Source: Octopus bimaculoides
Lineage: Eukaryota
NCBI RefSeq assembly: GCF_001194135.2
Contig: NC_068984.1
Location: forward strand, 106,577,965-106,641,964
Length of the DNA: 64,000 nt
Direction: 5' to 3'
Positions 48,378-62,349 of this stretch are shown piece by piece. Under the pieces are notes generated by a model that made no database searches, was not told where the DNA came from, and saw only the letters and a list, made by a program, of their open reading frames with translations. The translations under genes were made by a program, and so were the position numbers. How positions within the stretch are numbered: the stretch's first letter is position 1; every line of letters starts with the position of its first letter.

Positions 48378-48899
48378 ATATGTATGTATGGTGTCTGCTT
48401 GCTCCTTATAGAGCTTGATATCTTCGTGTATCTATAATTGCTCTTCCATAGTTTGACATCTTAAATGACATTTGAGCCTTGAAAGGCGTTTGTTGAGATG
48501 ATCACAACTACTGCAGCAGTGTTTCCTTTTAGCATTGGCTCCATTTTCCGCTTGTTTATTATGAATGTTCAAGAGCTTCTTGAACGGTAGTGCGATTTCA
48601 TATCAGCATGAGGTATGCATACTTCTGTGCAAGAAAATTTTAAGCAAGAATGATAAACTCCCGTAGCGCTATGGATATTAATCTCGCGTTTACGAAATTT
48701 CACTTCAGCCTGCTCAATACTCTCAAGTTCAAAATCTTTAACATCGCTCAAAATCGTAATATTTTACGCCTGTGTGTGTGTGTATGAGTATGTGTGTGTG
48801 TGAGTGTGTGCGTGCGTGCGTGTGTGTGTGTATGTGTATGCGTCTATACATTTATATGTACAAAGACATACATGCACACACACACACGCACACACGCAC

Positions 48900-48952
<53 letters not shown>

Positions 48953-49207
48953 CATACATCACCTTTTCATTCCACTGTTGGATTCACAGGCCTGTTAGTC
49001 GATTTCCAAGACATATAAGTAACCGAGATCAGAATATTCCTTCATGAGACGCCCCTTTTTGTATCATCTCACTGTCTGGTTGTGTTGCGTTTTTGTTCCA
49101 TTTTTGTATTTTTTTATATAGTATATAGCGGCGTACATACACTTTGGCCTGTTATATGTAAGTATAAATATAAATATATTTATATATAAATTTTGTACGC
49201 CTCTATT

Positions 49208-49569
49208 GTGGAGGCGCAATGGCCCAGTGGCCCGGTCATAGGATCGCGGTTTCGATTCCCAGCCCGGGCGTTGTGAGTGTTTATTGAGCGAAAACACCTA
49301 AAGCTCCACGAGGCTCCGGCAGCGGATGGTGGCGAACTCTGCTGTACTCTTTCACCACAACCTTTTCTCACTCTTACTTCATGTTTCTGTTGTGCCTGTA
49401 ATTCAAAGGCCAGCCTTGTCACACTGTGTCACGCTGAATATCCCCGAGAACTACGTTATGGGTACACGTGTCTGTGGAGTGCTCAGCCACGCTATTTTCA
49501 CGAGCAGGCTCTTCCGTTGATCGGATCAACTGGAACCCTCGCCGTCATAAGCGACGGAGTGCCAACAAC
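49208..49569 (+). mobile_element. tRNA-derived SINE family C (head possibly tRNA-Arg-like)
   Basis: GGAGGCGCAATGGCCCAGTGG (A box), GTTTCGATTCC (B box); second copy at 51737-51916. Confidence 0.88.
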
Positions 49570-49579
49570 GACTCTATTA

Positions 49580-50360
49580 TCCGTTCATTACTTCATTCAT
49601 TCTTTCCTCCTTTTTATCAGCCCATTCACACTTCATTCATTCCACTCTTCGTTCTTTCGTTCCCCCTCTCTCACGTTTCCCGGTCTTCTCTTCATGCTCT
49701 TTTCCCTCCTCTTTCATTTCACTGTGTCTCTTTCATCTTTTTTTGCTCCTCCTTAATTCTTCTATCCCTCTGCCTCCATCTCTCTCTTTCATCTCACCCC
49801 ACGTGACCGGTGTTCGGCCAAGCCTCACCTTTCTTTCTTGGTTCGGCTACCGTTCGTGCAATATCTATATTCCTTCCTGTGCCTGTTAAATCTTATGCCC
49901 CTGCTGTAAGGCTTTACTTCCACACACGCCAGCTTAATTTAATTCGTCCTTAGTCGAAAGACATTTGTTGTTATATCCTGTTAATTGCATTTGTATTTGT
50001 GTAACATTTCTCTGATTTTTACATCTTTGTTTTCGTATACATTCGCTGCTTTATTCCTAGAAATCTAATGCTCTTAGCTTAGTTTTTCCTTGGGGCTGAC
50101 CAGATTGGAGCAATCTCGAGTAAAACCAGCCGGAATTGCAAAGATAATCTGGAACTCGACTGGGGCACTGGTACAGGACTTCCAGGATTTTAAGGATTAT
50201 GGAACATTTATGAGCAAGAATAATTTCCAGATCTATTCTGACCTGTTAGGGTCCCAGCTATAGGGTTACTAGCATGTGAACTAATGACAGTGAAAAAAAC
50301 ACTGCTTCTCGCCAGAATTCCTCTCTCGGAGGAGATAAACACGTATAGAAGAAATCTGAA
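49580..50360. repeat. Unclassified repeat-like segment with pyrimidine-rich tract
   Basis: CT-rich tract typical of retroelement terminal regions; no coding motif recognised. Confidence 0.35.
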
Positions 50361-50562
50361 GTGCAGTTCGTTTATTGTCGCCTCCTCCTCTGTTGTGCCA
50401 CTGGTTTAATAGCAGATTCCGCTGTAAAGTGTATTCAGTACAGAGCAATATATTACACTTTCAAAGTAAAATCCTGCAGAGGAACTTCTTAGACTTTTGG
50501 AACGTCTGCATGGCCTTACTGAGTTTAGGAATCGGTCATACTCAATCACGAGTTGACTTCCA

Positions 50563-50623
<61 letters not shown>

Positions 50624-51102
50624 CATATGTATATATATATGTATATAAATATANNNNNNNNNNNNNNNNNNNNNNNNNNNNNNNNNNNNNNNNNNNNNNN
50701 NNNNNNNNNNNNNNNNNNNNNNNNNNNNNNNNNNNNNNNNNNNNNNNNNNNNNNNNNNNNNNNNNNNNNNNNNNNNNNNNNNNNNNNNNNNNNNNNNNNN
50801 NNNNNNNNNNNNNNNNNNNNNNNNNNNNNNNNNNNNNNNNNNNNNNNNNNNNNNNNNNNNNNNNNNNNNNNNNNNNNNNNNNNNNNNNNNNNNNNNNNNN
50901 NNNNNNNNNNNNNNNNNNNNNNNNNNNNNNNNNNNNNNNNNNNNNNNNNNNNNNNNNNNNNNNNNNNNNNNNNNNNNNNNNNNNNNNNNNNNNNNNNNNN
51001 NNNNNNNNNNNNNNNNNNNNNNNNNNNNNNNNNNNNNNNNNNNNNNNNNNNNNNNNNATATATATATATGTATGTGTGTGTGTGTGTGTGTGTGTGCGCG
51101 TG

Positions 51103-51136
<34 letters not shown>

Positions 51137-51536
51137 CACACACATATATATATATACCATAATTATTGAGGAGGTATGAGAAATAAATATATTAAGTTAA
51201 CCACTTCGCATCCTTATTATTATGCCCGATTCGCGCACATTTTTCATGTAGTAATAATTTCAGTGTATAATAATCAAGAAGGCTTCGGAACGGCTGTAAT
51301 CCAGAGGATTTCAGTTGGTTAAATAAATATATTCATCTTACATACCTCCTGGCATCTTGTGTTTTACATACTCCTCATGAAATAATTTGAAAGATCGGAT
51401 CTTCTGGATATTAGTTGCATGGGCACTCTATATTACACTTATCTGTATTGGATTCCTATGTGAACTGTTAGTTGAATCCGTAGGAGGAGCATTCTGTGAT
51501 TACCACCAATTTTCTGAATCAATAACTTACACTACA

Positions 51537-51577
<41 letters not shown>

Positions 51578-51736
51578 ACAGACGTAACTTACAGTACATA
51601 ACTCATGACACATTACACATGTATGTAAAGTAACAGTGTCCCCAGTTACCCACAAGACTCTCACTGAACTTAAAATGCATATCTAATTATATATTTGCAC
51701 ATACGTACATAAATATATACCTATATACATATTAAT

Positions 51737-51916
51737 GTGGAGGCGCAATGGCCCAGTGTTTAGGGCAGCGGACTCGCCGTCGGAGGATCGCAATTTCGAT
51801 TCCCAGAACGAGCGTTGTGAGTGTTTATTGAGCGAAAACACCAAAGCTCCACGAGGCTCCGGCAGTGGGTGGTAGCGACCCCTGTTGTACTCTTTCGCCC
51901 CAACTTTCTCTCACTN
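51737..51916 (+). mobile_element. SINE family C, 5' part (cut by gap)
   Basis: Near-identical to 49208-49375, with a more complete tRNA-like head. Confidence 0.88.
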
Positions 51917-53312
51917 NNNNNNNNNNNNNNNNNNNNNNNNNNNNNNNNNNNNNNNNNNNNNNNNNNNNNNNNNNNNNNNNNNNNNNNNNNNNNNNNNNNN
52001 NNNNNNNNNNNNNNNNNNNNNNNNNNNNNNNNNNNNNNNNNNNNNNNNNNNNNNNNNNNNNNNNNNNNNNNNNNNNNNNNNNNNNNNNNNNNNNNNNNNN
52101 NNNNNNNNNNNNNNNNNNNNNNNNNNNNNNNNNNNNNNNNNNNNNNNNNNNNNNNNNNNNNNNNNNNNNNNNNNNNNNNNNNNNNNNNNNNNNNNNNNNN
52201 NNNNNNNNNNNNNNNNNNNNNNNNNNNNNNNNNNNNNNNNNNNNNNNNNNNNNNNNNNNNNNNNNNNNNNNNNNNNNNNNNNNNNNNNNNNNNNNNNNNN
52301 NNNNNNNNNNNNNGTTAAAGTAATTTGAATAGGGAACGAGCAGAGGAACTGAAAGGAAGAGGAACTGAGAGAGAGAGAGAGAGAGAGAGAGGAGGGGTAG
52401 TTAGAGAGATACATGTAAGAGAAAAGGAGTGAAAAAGAACAGAGTTGAGATTTAACACAAAGAGAGAGGTGCAATAAAGAATATAAAATCATAACAAAGT
52501 TCGTCACTTTACCGCATCTTTAGGTACCTTATTTTCTAACATTTATTTTTATCTGTTTGACTGAAGTGGTTTTGAACTGTATTTTACTCTATGAAATTAT
52601 TTCTCACAACAACATAATAGATTGCAAAGATCTTACATACATACATACATACATATGCGCGTGTGTGTATGAATATATTTGTATGTCTGTATTCATATAT
52701 GTATTTATGTATCAGCTTCTCTATATACATATGTGAGTGCGTCAGTACAAGTGAGCTTGTATGTAAATGTAATTGCATATGTAAAGTCTAAGCGGGAGTC
52801 AAGGTGAAACTAAAGTTTCACTCATGTCAGTTATATTTACAAGTAATTTTTGAAGGTATAATACATAGATATGAAAGTATAATAATATAAGTAAAGTATA
52901 CTATATATATATATTCTTTTATTGATTTAGTCTTTGGCCAGTTATTGAATGTCGGCGATGCTGGACAACATATTCAAGGATTTAGTCAAGCGTCGAACTG
53001 CTGTGTATGGGACATCAACCACATAACTGATTTTCAACATAAATGTTGATTTTCTGCGAGCTAAATTAAACTCAGAGAATTAATCGCTTCGGATGTAGAG
53101 TAAAATCTCTTACCCAAGGTAGAAGACGAAACTAAGGTCCACATGATTGAAGAGAGAAATTTGTAACCATACAGCCAAGCCTGTGCGTGTATTAAAGATA
53201 CGTTTGTTTTTGACAATGCACAGATAAGGACAGCTAAGATATTTTTCTCACTGGGAATGTCGCTTTAAGTCTGACCATGTGAATTTTAATCTGATATGAA
53301 AATACGGATTAA

Positions 53313-54601
53313 TACGAGGGGCGCTGAAAAAGTTCCTGGCTTCGTGTAAAAGAAAATACGGGAGGAGCAATTAATTATGATTTTATTCTGCATATTCCCT
53401 TCTTAGATTCAAACAGCTTCTGCAGCGGTTTTTCTAAGCCCTGTAAAAGAACTCGGAAGTTTGGGCCTTCAAACAGGTCTCTGTAGCAGCGATCACTTCT
53501 GAATCGGAGTGAAATTTCGTTCCTATTAGATATTTTTTCGATTGTGGCAAGAGGTGATAGTTGTAGAGGGCCAGATCAGGAGAGTAAGGTGGCTGGTCAA
53601 ACAGTTCGAAACCAAAGTAGCATATTTTCCATAGAGTCTCATCTGCTGTGTGTGCTGATGCATTGTCCTGCAAAAAACAGGACACCACGGCTCAGCTTTC
53701 CACAGTGTTTCTGTTTCAAAGCTTCACGAAGTTAGTCCAACAGCGAAATGTAGTATTTTGCGACCTTTGGCGACCTTTAGCAGATAATTTAGGAAGAGTA
53801 CTCCATCTTTGTCCCAGAATTTTGAANNNNNNNNNNNNNNNNNNNNNNNNNNNNNNNNNNNNNNNNNNNNNNNNNNNNNNNNNNNNNNNNNNNNNNNNNN
53901 NNNNNNNNNNNNNNNNNNNNNGCTGTATCGCCCCTCCATTGATTACTGTTTGGTCTGAGAATCATAAAGATGAAACTAAGTTTCATCCATGGTGATTAGA
54001 CGAGCCATAAGAGCAGCTTCTCCTGCTGAAAACCGGTCCCAAATCGCCTTTGACGTCATTACTCTGATGCGCTTCGTATCTGCATTCAGGCATTTCGGCA
54101 CCCGTTTTTCAGAAAGCTTTCTCATGTCGAGAATGTTGTGGATGATGCGGCCAACTCTTTCGAGGGAAATCCCCAGAGTCCCAGTTTCGACTTTAGCTGC
54201 AACCCGGTGCCCCTGGAAAATAATGGTATGCAAAACATCAGTTTTGTCCTCCGTGGTCGCAGAAGTTAACCGTCCTGACCGTGTTTATCTGTGACTTCAA
54301 AATGATCAGTCCGAAACTGTAGTCATCCTTCAAGACTTCCTTCATCTAGCCATGGATTTCCTTCGCTCCTTTGCCTTACAAAAAGAGGAACTTTATGATC
54401 GCCCATACTTAAATTTTACCAAGTCCAATGTAGGAGTTGCCATCATGAGTTAAATCTGCTAAAAGAGGAAGATATATGGTATACCATCAAGACTTTTTGC
54501 ATATCTTTTCCTAAATAATTGTCCTACATTCCTCGTAAAGATAAAAGCTCTACCATTTCGTGATATCCTTAAAGCAAGGAACTTTTCAGCATACCGCCGT
54601 A
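53313..54601 (-). mobile_element. Full-length mariner DNA transposon, decayed, with TIRs and TA target duplication
   Basis: Left TA-CGAGGGGCGCTGAAAAAGTTCCTGGCTT; right AAAGCAAGGAACTTTTCAGCATACCGCCG-TA; about 1.29 kb. Transposase motifs: RKLSEKRVPK, LITMDET, FWDKDGV, FLQDNA and PPYSPDLA. Confidence 0.96.
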
Positions 54602-55849
54602 GAGCGCATCCAGGCTCATTTAAATATTTACCAACGTAGAATAATGTTAGAATAGAGCAGAAAGATTATGTTTCCGATTTCCTTCCATAGTTTAGATTGT
54701 GTACTTCTTAAATTATAATGTAAAATTATATATCAAGATGTCTCTTAAGGCAGCACATTTAATGCTAACTATATGGTTTTTTACACCATCTAAGGAAACA
54801 AAAGTTTCATGCCAAATACAACTTCAAAAGATTTCGTATATTTCATGATTCTCTATAGATTTCAACCGTCTAACTATTCTCAAAATAATCATGTATTTTC
54901 CGCGGTCACTGCCAGTATCCATATTAACACAGAAAGTACACCCTTAAAAGTATACACATCATTTAATAAAATAAAATTCACTTTACATCTACATCCGTGT
55001 TCTGAATTAATTTTTTGGGCACAATAACCGAGAGACTTTTCTTTTGATCATGCTAATTTTCTCCTTTTATTTTTCCGTAGGCGTTGAATGTTAGCATTTT
55101 AAATTTAACATCAAGGTCACTGGTATCAAAGGGTCTGCAAAAGTAATGGGTACAGCCCATTCTACAAGTAAAAAAAAAAGCAATATCTTATTCTCCCTTG
55201 GCACACAGTGAAATGTTGGCTACTATCAGATGACGAATACCTCCTATTTCACTTCGAAGGCACATTTTAGCTAACACTATTTGAATAAACGTCAAACAAA
55301 AACTTAACTATAATGGGCAGAATAATTTGCATATCCTGCATTTGTCAGCGGTGTGATTAAACAATAAAAAGTTGTGTTCGACACGGCATATATAAAAAAA
55401 AACCTTAATTTAAAATGATTAAGTTATGTTTTAAACCTTTTTTGTGGAATTATAAACAGATGTGAGTATATCATGACTTCACTTTGCATGTTCACTGACA
55501 GAAATACGCAAGCGCAAACAAAGCGAGCGCACACACCCACCTACAGACATAACTATGAAATCAATAAATTTCTACTTAAGAAATATAGCCTTGTAATGAT
55601 GAAAACTCAGCCTAGTCGCAAATACGATGAAACTTAATTAGAATTATTGTTTTACTGAACATAAAACCAGCTTTGGTTGTATGGATATAAAACAAACCAA
55701 TGCTTGCTAGCATGTTAAATAGGTTTTACAAAATTAAATAATTTCATCTCCATAAAGATTATCAAATCATTTTAAACGATTATCAGAACAAGAAACAAAA
55801 CAGGCAAATAATCATTAAGGTGTAATACTGCATTTTCTGAAATTGCTGC

Positions 55850-56305
55850 AGTTTTGTTCTTAAATATCTGAAATGATTGCTCAAAATGAAGTTTCATACA
55901 TTGGTGGAGTCAATTATTTTTGACTTCATCTAGAAAGGTTGTTGAGACAATTTTAGGACATCAAGTAGAACAAGAAATAAGTAAAATATTGCTCTCTTTC
56001 AAATGATAAAGTTCTTAGGGGCATTTTGATATTATCTTCGGTGATAAGCACTAACATTCAAAATTTTCTTTGCCGGTTGATAAGTCAAATGACATTTCCA
56101 ACACAGCGCAGCTATTGGCATTCATTCGTTTTAATAGTGTAGATCAAACTGTAAATCTGTGTTGATGTTTTTTCTTCTCACCAAGAAATGGCTGGCATTA
56201 CAAAAGTTGAAGACATTTTTCATATCTTATATAACTACATTACAAAATGGAAGTCATGTGTTAGTAATTGTATCAATAGAGCTCTCTCTCTCTCTTTCTC
56301 TTCTC

Positions 56306-56357
<52 letters not shown>

Positions 56358-57110
56358 GCAGACAGTATGAAAGACTCCGTAATAAAGAAAAGATCATCCT
56401 GTTCTTATTAGAACACATTACTTTCTAATTAGAGAGTCCTTCATATCAAAAACAGAATTGAAATGAAGAAAGTTTTTGATCATTCTTGAAATGGAAAATT
56501 TTATTAAAAGTATACAATTAAAGAATCGTTTGTTTGAGAAAAGTTGCTTTGACATGAATTAAACAGTACATACTACTTACTTTCACACATCATAGTGAAA
56601 TGACTATCGAGGTGGTGGGATGCAGGGCAGTACTCTGCCTTGAACATGGACAGCTTCTGGCACTTTTTCAAGAAGTAAATTACAAATACATCCGTGAATT
56701 TTAGATTTCTTGTGTAGAACATTGCGAAGAATATTTCATCACCCTAATAAGCCGAACAGTAGTATGCAAAAAGAAAATATTCTCAAATCTTCAGATATTC
56801 TGACAGCATTTCAGAATAAAAAATAGTAATCTGGAAAAGAAAGGCCTGAAATGGTAATTTTAAAATGTTTCCCTTAACAAATAAAACACTTCTAAAGGAA
56901 ATTACTCCTGTCAACGTTGAACATATAACAACTTCTGGCGAGAACTTCCGCTTTTATTTTCTATCATCATGCATAGAGCAATATGATTCGATTAGAAACC
57001 GTTTCATGGAAATTACAACTGATATTGGTTTGAATTTATCTGTAGAATTATTGGCTTTTATATTCAGGGATCCAGATCTAAAAATCAAATATGTGGGACT
57101 GACTGCTTGA
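55850..57110 (+). mobile_element. hAT (Charlie/ZBED8-FAM200-like) transposase remnant, interrupted by (CT)n
   Basis: LPVDKSNDISNTAQLLAFIRF resembles LQLDESTD…AQLL.F.R; also KVEDIF, NSSMQKENIL…AFQNK, CFP and IRNRF. Confidence 0.8.
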
Positions 57111-57499
57111 AATATGTTGCCTTTTCTCTCGGAGATTATCTTTCAGCAGCCTCACACCTAAAAAGAGAACAAGAAAAAACAATTTTTGTCCATTTTGATT
57201 TCACTTCCAACGTTATAATCTTGTTAATTAGAAATTCTTTCTTCGGCTAAAATCGAATGAATAAAAAAAGACAAATTATTCAATTTTTCGAGGCTGTCCG
57301 TTTAGCAAACACATATCATGATATTAAGAAAAGAACTGCTTAAGAACATCCCTTTCATAAACTATTTTGCATTTTGTTTTTATTGTGTCATAGAGTCAAT
57401 ATATTTGAGATTTGCTTTAATCTCTTTCTATCGCTACTTCTTTGATATACTTTATCAGTTCTTATCTAATGATTCTCTTCCAAATGACTCACAGGTAAG

Positions 57500-59000
57500 T
57501 TTTAATGTTCACTGCGTCAACCTCAACTTAACTACTAAATTAATTTGGTTAACATAGTCATTTTGCATCTGGAAGGACGCGTTCAGTTTCCAGTAAACCG
57601 TCTCTGTCTATGCATACTATTTAAGCTGACTTTGCAGATTTCACTTTTCGTCTATGAAGTCGACAAACAGATCTTCAATACAACCTATACTATCCTTACC
57701 TATTGAACTAACAAATTATCTAGATACTCTTTGTACATTTCAAGAGCGCGTCAAAAATGGCCTGTAGCAGATATGGAAATGAATTTCCTAAGTATGATTA
57801 GTTATATGAAAAAGTCTGCCACTGTGAACCAGTCGGAGTAGAAATGACCATTAACCAAAAGGCACTGCCTTCACGGCTGTTCACAACGACAACCATCGAC
57901 TTGCAATCCAGTTGCAGGAAGATCTCTCTGAAACAATACTGCTAGCCAACTAGATCTGGCTAATTGACAGATATGTAAACTTCGAGAAGCTGATGTGTGA
58001 TGCATATGAGCACGTTTTCTCTCGTTGATAGTCACCATCTCTATAGTACAAGTAACTTCCTTCCTGATCGAAATCACGTCACATGCTTTAAAAGAACCAC
58101 TTTTACACGGAGTTGTTGAGCAGAGGAAAACAGGGCGTGAGAAAAGTCACTTGCCGTTGTCTCAAAGAATGGCTGAAACACTTGTCTTGATGTGAAGTGT
58201 TTCATTGAAAAGCACATTTAAAAGGATTGGGTGATTTTATCACGAAAAACCATTTACGCTACACAAAGATTCTTTCATATTATTTGCAAAGTTCAAGTCA
58301 CTGTCTAAATTTACTGGTGTTTTGGAGATGAGTTCCTTAAGGCTCCACACTTTCGTTTCCTTCAGTGCTTTTAAGGCGTTTTGAGATATGCACTTCACCT
58401 CTTCACTGTTGTCTTGTGCTATGTATTTCTACTGAATGCTGTTCCTATTTACAACAGTGAAATTAAGCCAGAGGGTTTGTGTGTTTGGCTATTGGTGCTG
58501 CTATCATTGCTTTTGTGTTTTATTTTTAATTTCTTTTCTCCAGATTTCATGTCTGTGACTGTTGTATTTTTGTTTATTTGTTGTTTCCTATATTGCTCGT
58601 ATTTTAGCGAAATTTGCCGATATTGTTTACTTTCTTATCTTTTTAGTTGTGCTTTCCATGGCTGTTATGTTTCTAGACGTTTGTGTTGGTCTTGTGCTAA
58701 AGCTGTAAATTTATTCCACTTTGTTTTGAGAAGTGATCGCAGTAGCTGGATAGTTGACAGCCTCTCCGATCACTCGTGAAACTGCAGCGTTGAGTGACTG
58801 TCTTTGATTTTTTCTTCTCCCTTTCCTTTCTCTACGATATGTGTCTTCTTGACGTCCTCGTCGTTCAACATATAGTCAGAACAAGAAAAACCATAAGTGT
58901 TAAACGAGAGCAACACATTCGCCCATATATCTGTACCATCATTAATATCCTTTGTGATTTTTCTGTGCATTATTTTTATTGTGTGATGTATCCTTTTTTT
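57500..59000 (-). mobile_element. Possible second, strongly decayed hAT-type transposase
   Basis: Minus-strand 'WIASRWLSL*TAVK' resembles the hAT RWLS…AV motif; the rest is fragmented. Confidence 0.4.
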
Positions 59001-59454
59001 GTTTAGATTCATACAGATTACCTCATATCTTTATGGTCAGCGTTGAATTTTTCTTGCAGTGTTGTTGTTATTGTTGTCGCAACACGTCATAATAACGCTG
59101 ATTAAGTTACTACTAGTGCTATTATTTTTGTAATACGGGAACTACCTGATTCCCCACTGAGCAGAAGACTCTGAAGTGGACCATGCTGCTACACCTGTGG
59201 CATTTGAGCTCTACATCCTTCTTCATAACGCGAACGAGCATATTAACCGCGTAGAACACTAGTTTACGATTCGTTATCAGGCCAGCAAGTGATGCTAGCA
59301 TCAGGCTATGAGTTATTCCCACTTAGTTCAGTTTGAAAGTAGAACTGCTACTGACCGGTTTACTATACTCCTCTACCGCCTTCTCTTGACAGTGATTAAA
59401 TCATTTAGCTATTAGGCTAAACATGACTGGACCCGGATTCAAATACTCTGAAAG

Positions 59455-59560
59455 GACATCCGACCATATTTTTTTGTGGATGACTACAAGTTGTACGTTA
59501 CCGACGGTAAACAATGAGAAACATTACTATATGTAGTATACGGATTTACTAGATGAAATG
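59455..59560 (+). mobile_element. Small RT fragment of a family 1-like LINE
   Basis: IFFVDDYKLYV…ETLLYVVYGFT resembles LLYMDDLKLYA…ETLLQTVHGFT. Confidence 0.6.
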
Positions 59561-62262
59561 ATAAAAAAAAATCATGTTAAGGAATCGCGTAACGGTAACC
59601 TTGACGAGACGATAATAAATGAGAAATAATCCGAGATAAGAGATAAGGTTGATCAAAGAATTGAAACCAATACTCCAGACATCTCAGTAATATGTTTGAA
59701 TTGTAATATTTTGAACTTGACGGGAATTAGATTGGCAAAGCTGGTATAGACAACAAAATAAAAATTGAATTTACAATTCCCCACTCGAAACACCACCTAA
59801 AACGATTATAATATGGTGGATGTATAAAAATAGTTTCAGACTGCAGCCAAATATAATGACACACCTATTCTAGGACCTATTCTAGTCAGGGTTAATGGAA
59901 AATTAATGCAAAAATCTAAAATTTATAACGAAAAAGTAAAAAGAAATAAAGCTGATTTCTCTGTTCAAGAAAGCCATCACAAGCATGTTGAATATTTGGA
60001 AAGAAAATAAATCTGATCAAAAAGTAATTTGGGATCCTCACCGACTAACTATTTTGAGAAGCCACATTTCCAAAAGCGAAATGATATTAGACATAGAAAT
60101 AGAACCGTTTAAAGAAAAAATACAGGAGTCAAATACAAACAAAAATGCAAACAATGAAAAAAATTATATTATAAACCTTAGAAAGTAAACCAAGAATATA
60201 GTAAAAAAACATAAAAAAGCAAAATATAATTTTAAAAATCGCAACAAAATCAAACCCTAGTGTAACTACAAAAGGATGACCAACAACAACACAAATACAA
60301 AGGAATATATGAAAATATGTATTATAAAAAAATTCTACAAATGGCAATTGAGAATAATATAAGAATAATCTAAGGTGGAGGGGATATGTTTAAATAACTA
60401 ACATCGATGTGTATTAATAAGGCCCAATGAAAGGATTAAGAATATTCATATGGACCAACAAAATAGAGAGCTTCTTATTAAAATAGTAAACACACACACA
60501 CACACACACACACACGCACGAACACACACTCACGCGCGCGCACACACACACATACACGCGCACACACACACAGCATTGTTTACCATCGTTATGTCTTAGC
60601 ATGAAATATGCTGACAACTGGATTCTCAACAACAAAAAATTAAATTTTTTAAATCCCTTTGCTGAGCAAATCCATAATTTTTCTTGCTTAGATTCGCAAA
60701 TGATGCGATCATTTTAAGGTATTTTGACAAATATTTACCATAATTCTTTGCCAATTCTAAAATGAATTCTTTCCTAAACGATGTCTTTCTTATTAGCGGG
60801 TTGAAAAACAATAATTTTCCTTGAAATAGAAAGCCCATCAAACAATATCTTGTTTCTATTAAAGATATTGTTGTTTGTATTAAGAACCATTTTTGCGCAT
60901 GTAGGTTCAAATCTTCCTTGGTGCTGCACTCAAACATACTTCATAACGAGAGAGTGATTTGTATATATTCCGCCAAAATCTTTTCTATTACATTTTGACA
61001 AGTGGCACTTTCGGTTTAACGCCGTAAGGCACACGTTTTCATTTCAACCGAGCAATAATAATATTAATAGTAAAATGTATTTAATATTGACGGCATTCAA
61101 CTCTGTGGTTCTGTAAAAACACTTCATTTTGTCTGATTAGTGCAAGACAGATTCAATATTAGGGGTCCGAAAACTGTTGTGATTAACACCTGCTTTGTCA
61201 TCAGCAGAGATACATACGTCTCCAGACTTTTCCTACAATTACAATAAGAGATACATACTAGCTTCGATTATGTGGAACATGCTGTCTGTCAAATAGTCCG
61301 GCACCAGTTTAGGGGATTCACAGTATTACAGGATTCAAAGTGTTAATTAATGAAGTACATTTTCTTGCAATTTGATACTGATTTTATAGAATATATACAC
61401 GCTTGTATCTTGAATCTTAGACATAACAGAGTTGGTTGATCTTACACATATTTAGTACAACAATTCCAATTTTCTATTATGAGATTTATCGAAAGTGCCG
61501 TCAAAGAAGCCTAAGGTTTTGACTGTTGATCATCAAACTTTCAAAGTTTTAGACAGCTTTTAAGAAGTCTTAATTAAACATAGAATGTTCAAAACTCCCT
61601 TGGAAATAAAATAATTTCGCTACTGATAACCACCTGCATACTGAGATTGATGTTAATCAATTTAACGTCATGCAATGGGATGCAATACATGGCTAGTAGC
61701 GTAAACATATACATTTCAGTGTCAGACCTTCCATTATTAATTAATCCCACACAGCCCAATATTTACTTTTAGAGTTGCTAACTGATTAATAGCGCCTGAT
61801 GTTACTTAACCGACGAAAAGTGATTATTGTTATAAAATTTGCATTGCTTTCCAAGTACGTAACTGTTCCTTTTAGCAAACGCATTTATAACTATAGAATG
61901 TGTATTTTGAAACTTCATTACGTTTAAAGAAGAACCATTGTATATTTCAAGCTCCAACTCATCAAAAATTCTATTCTGCTCAAATGGGAAAACAACTGAT
62001 TTTGTATGAAGCTCACAAGTGCGTTAAGTAATATATTTCCAAGTAAGTTATTCGGAAGGTTTTCATTTATGGAAGCTCTAGTACAAGCTTTCCGAGAGTA
62101 TTATTGTATCAGTGTTACTTTCATTATTTGGTCATCTCGACGAAGCTTATTGAACTCACAATATTGAAACTAGTTGTGAAGGCAAAACATAGGTTATAAT
62201 TATCGTTTAAAACGTGTCCAAAGGATGGAGTATTGATGTTATGAGCAGTGTAACTTCAATAT

Positions 62263-62349
<87 letters not shown>

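Noticed and set aside
49208-49275. tRNA genes at SINE heads (also 31562, 34010, 40800, 51737)
   Set aside because: A/B boxes are present, but no complete cloverleaf forms and each continues into a multi-copy SINE body.
51387-51587. Short hydrophobic ORF (possible membrane peptide)
   Set aside because: TTG start, runs into (CA)n, and has no splice or homology support.
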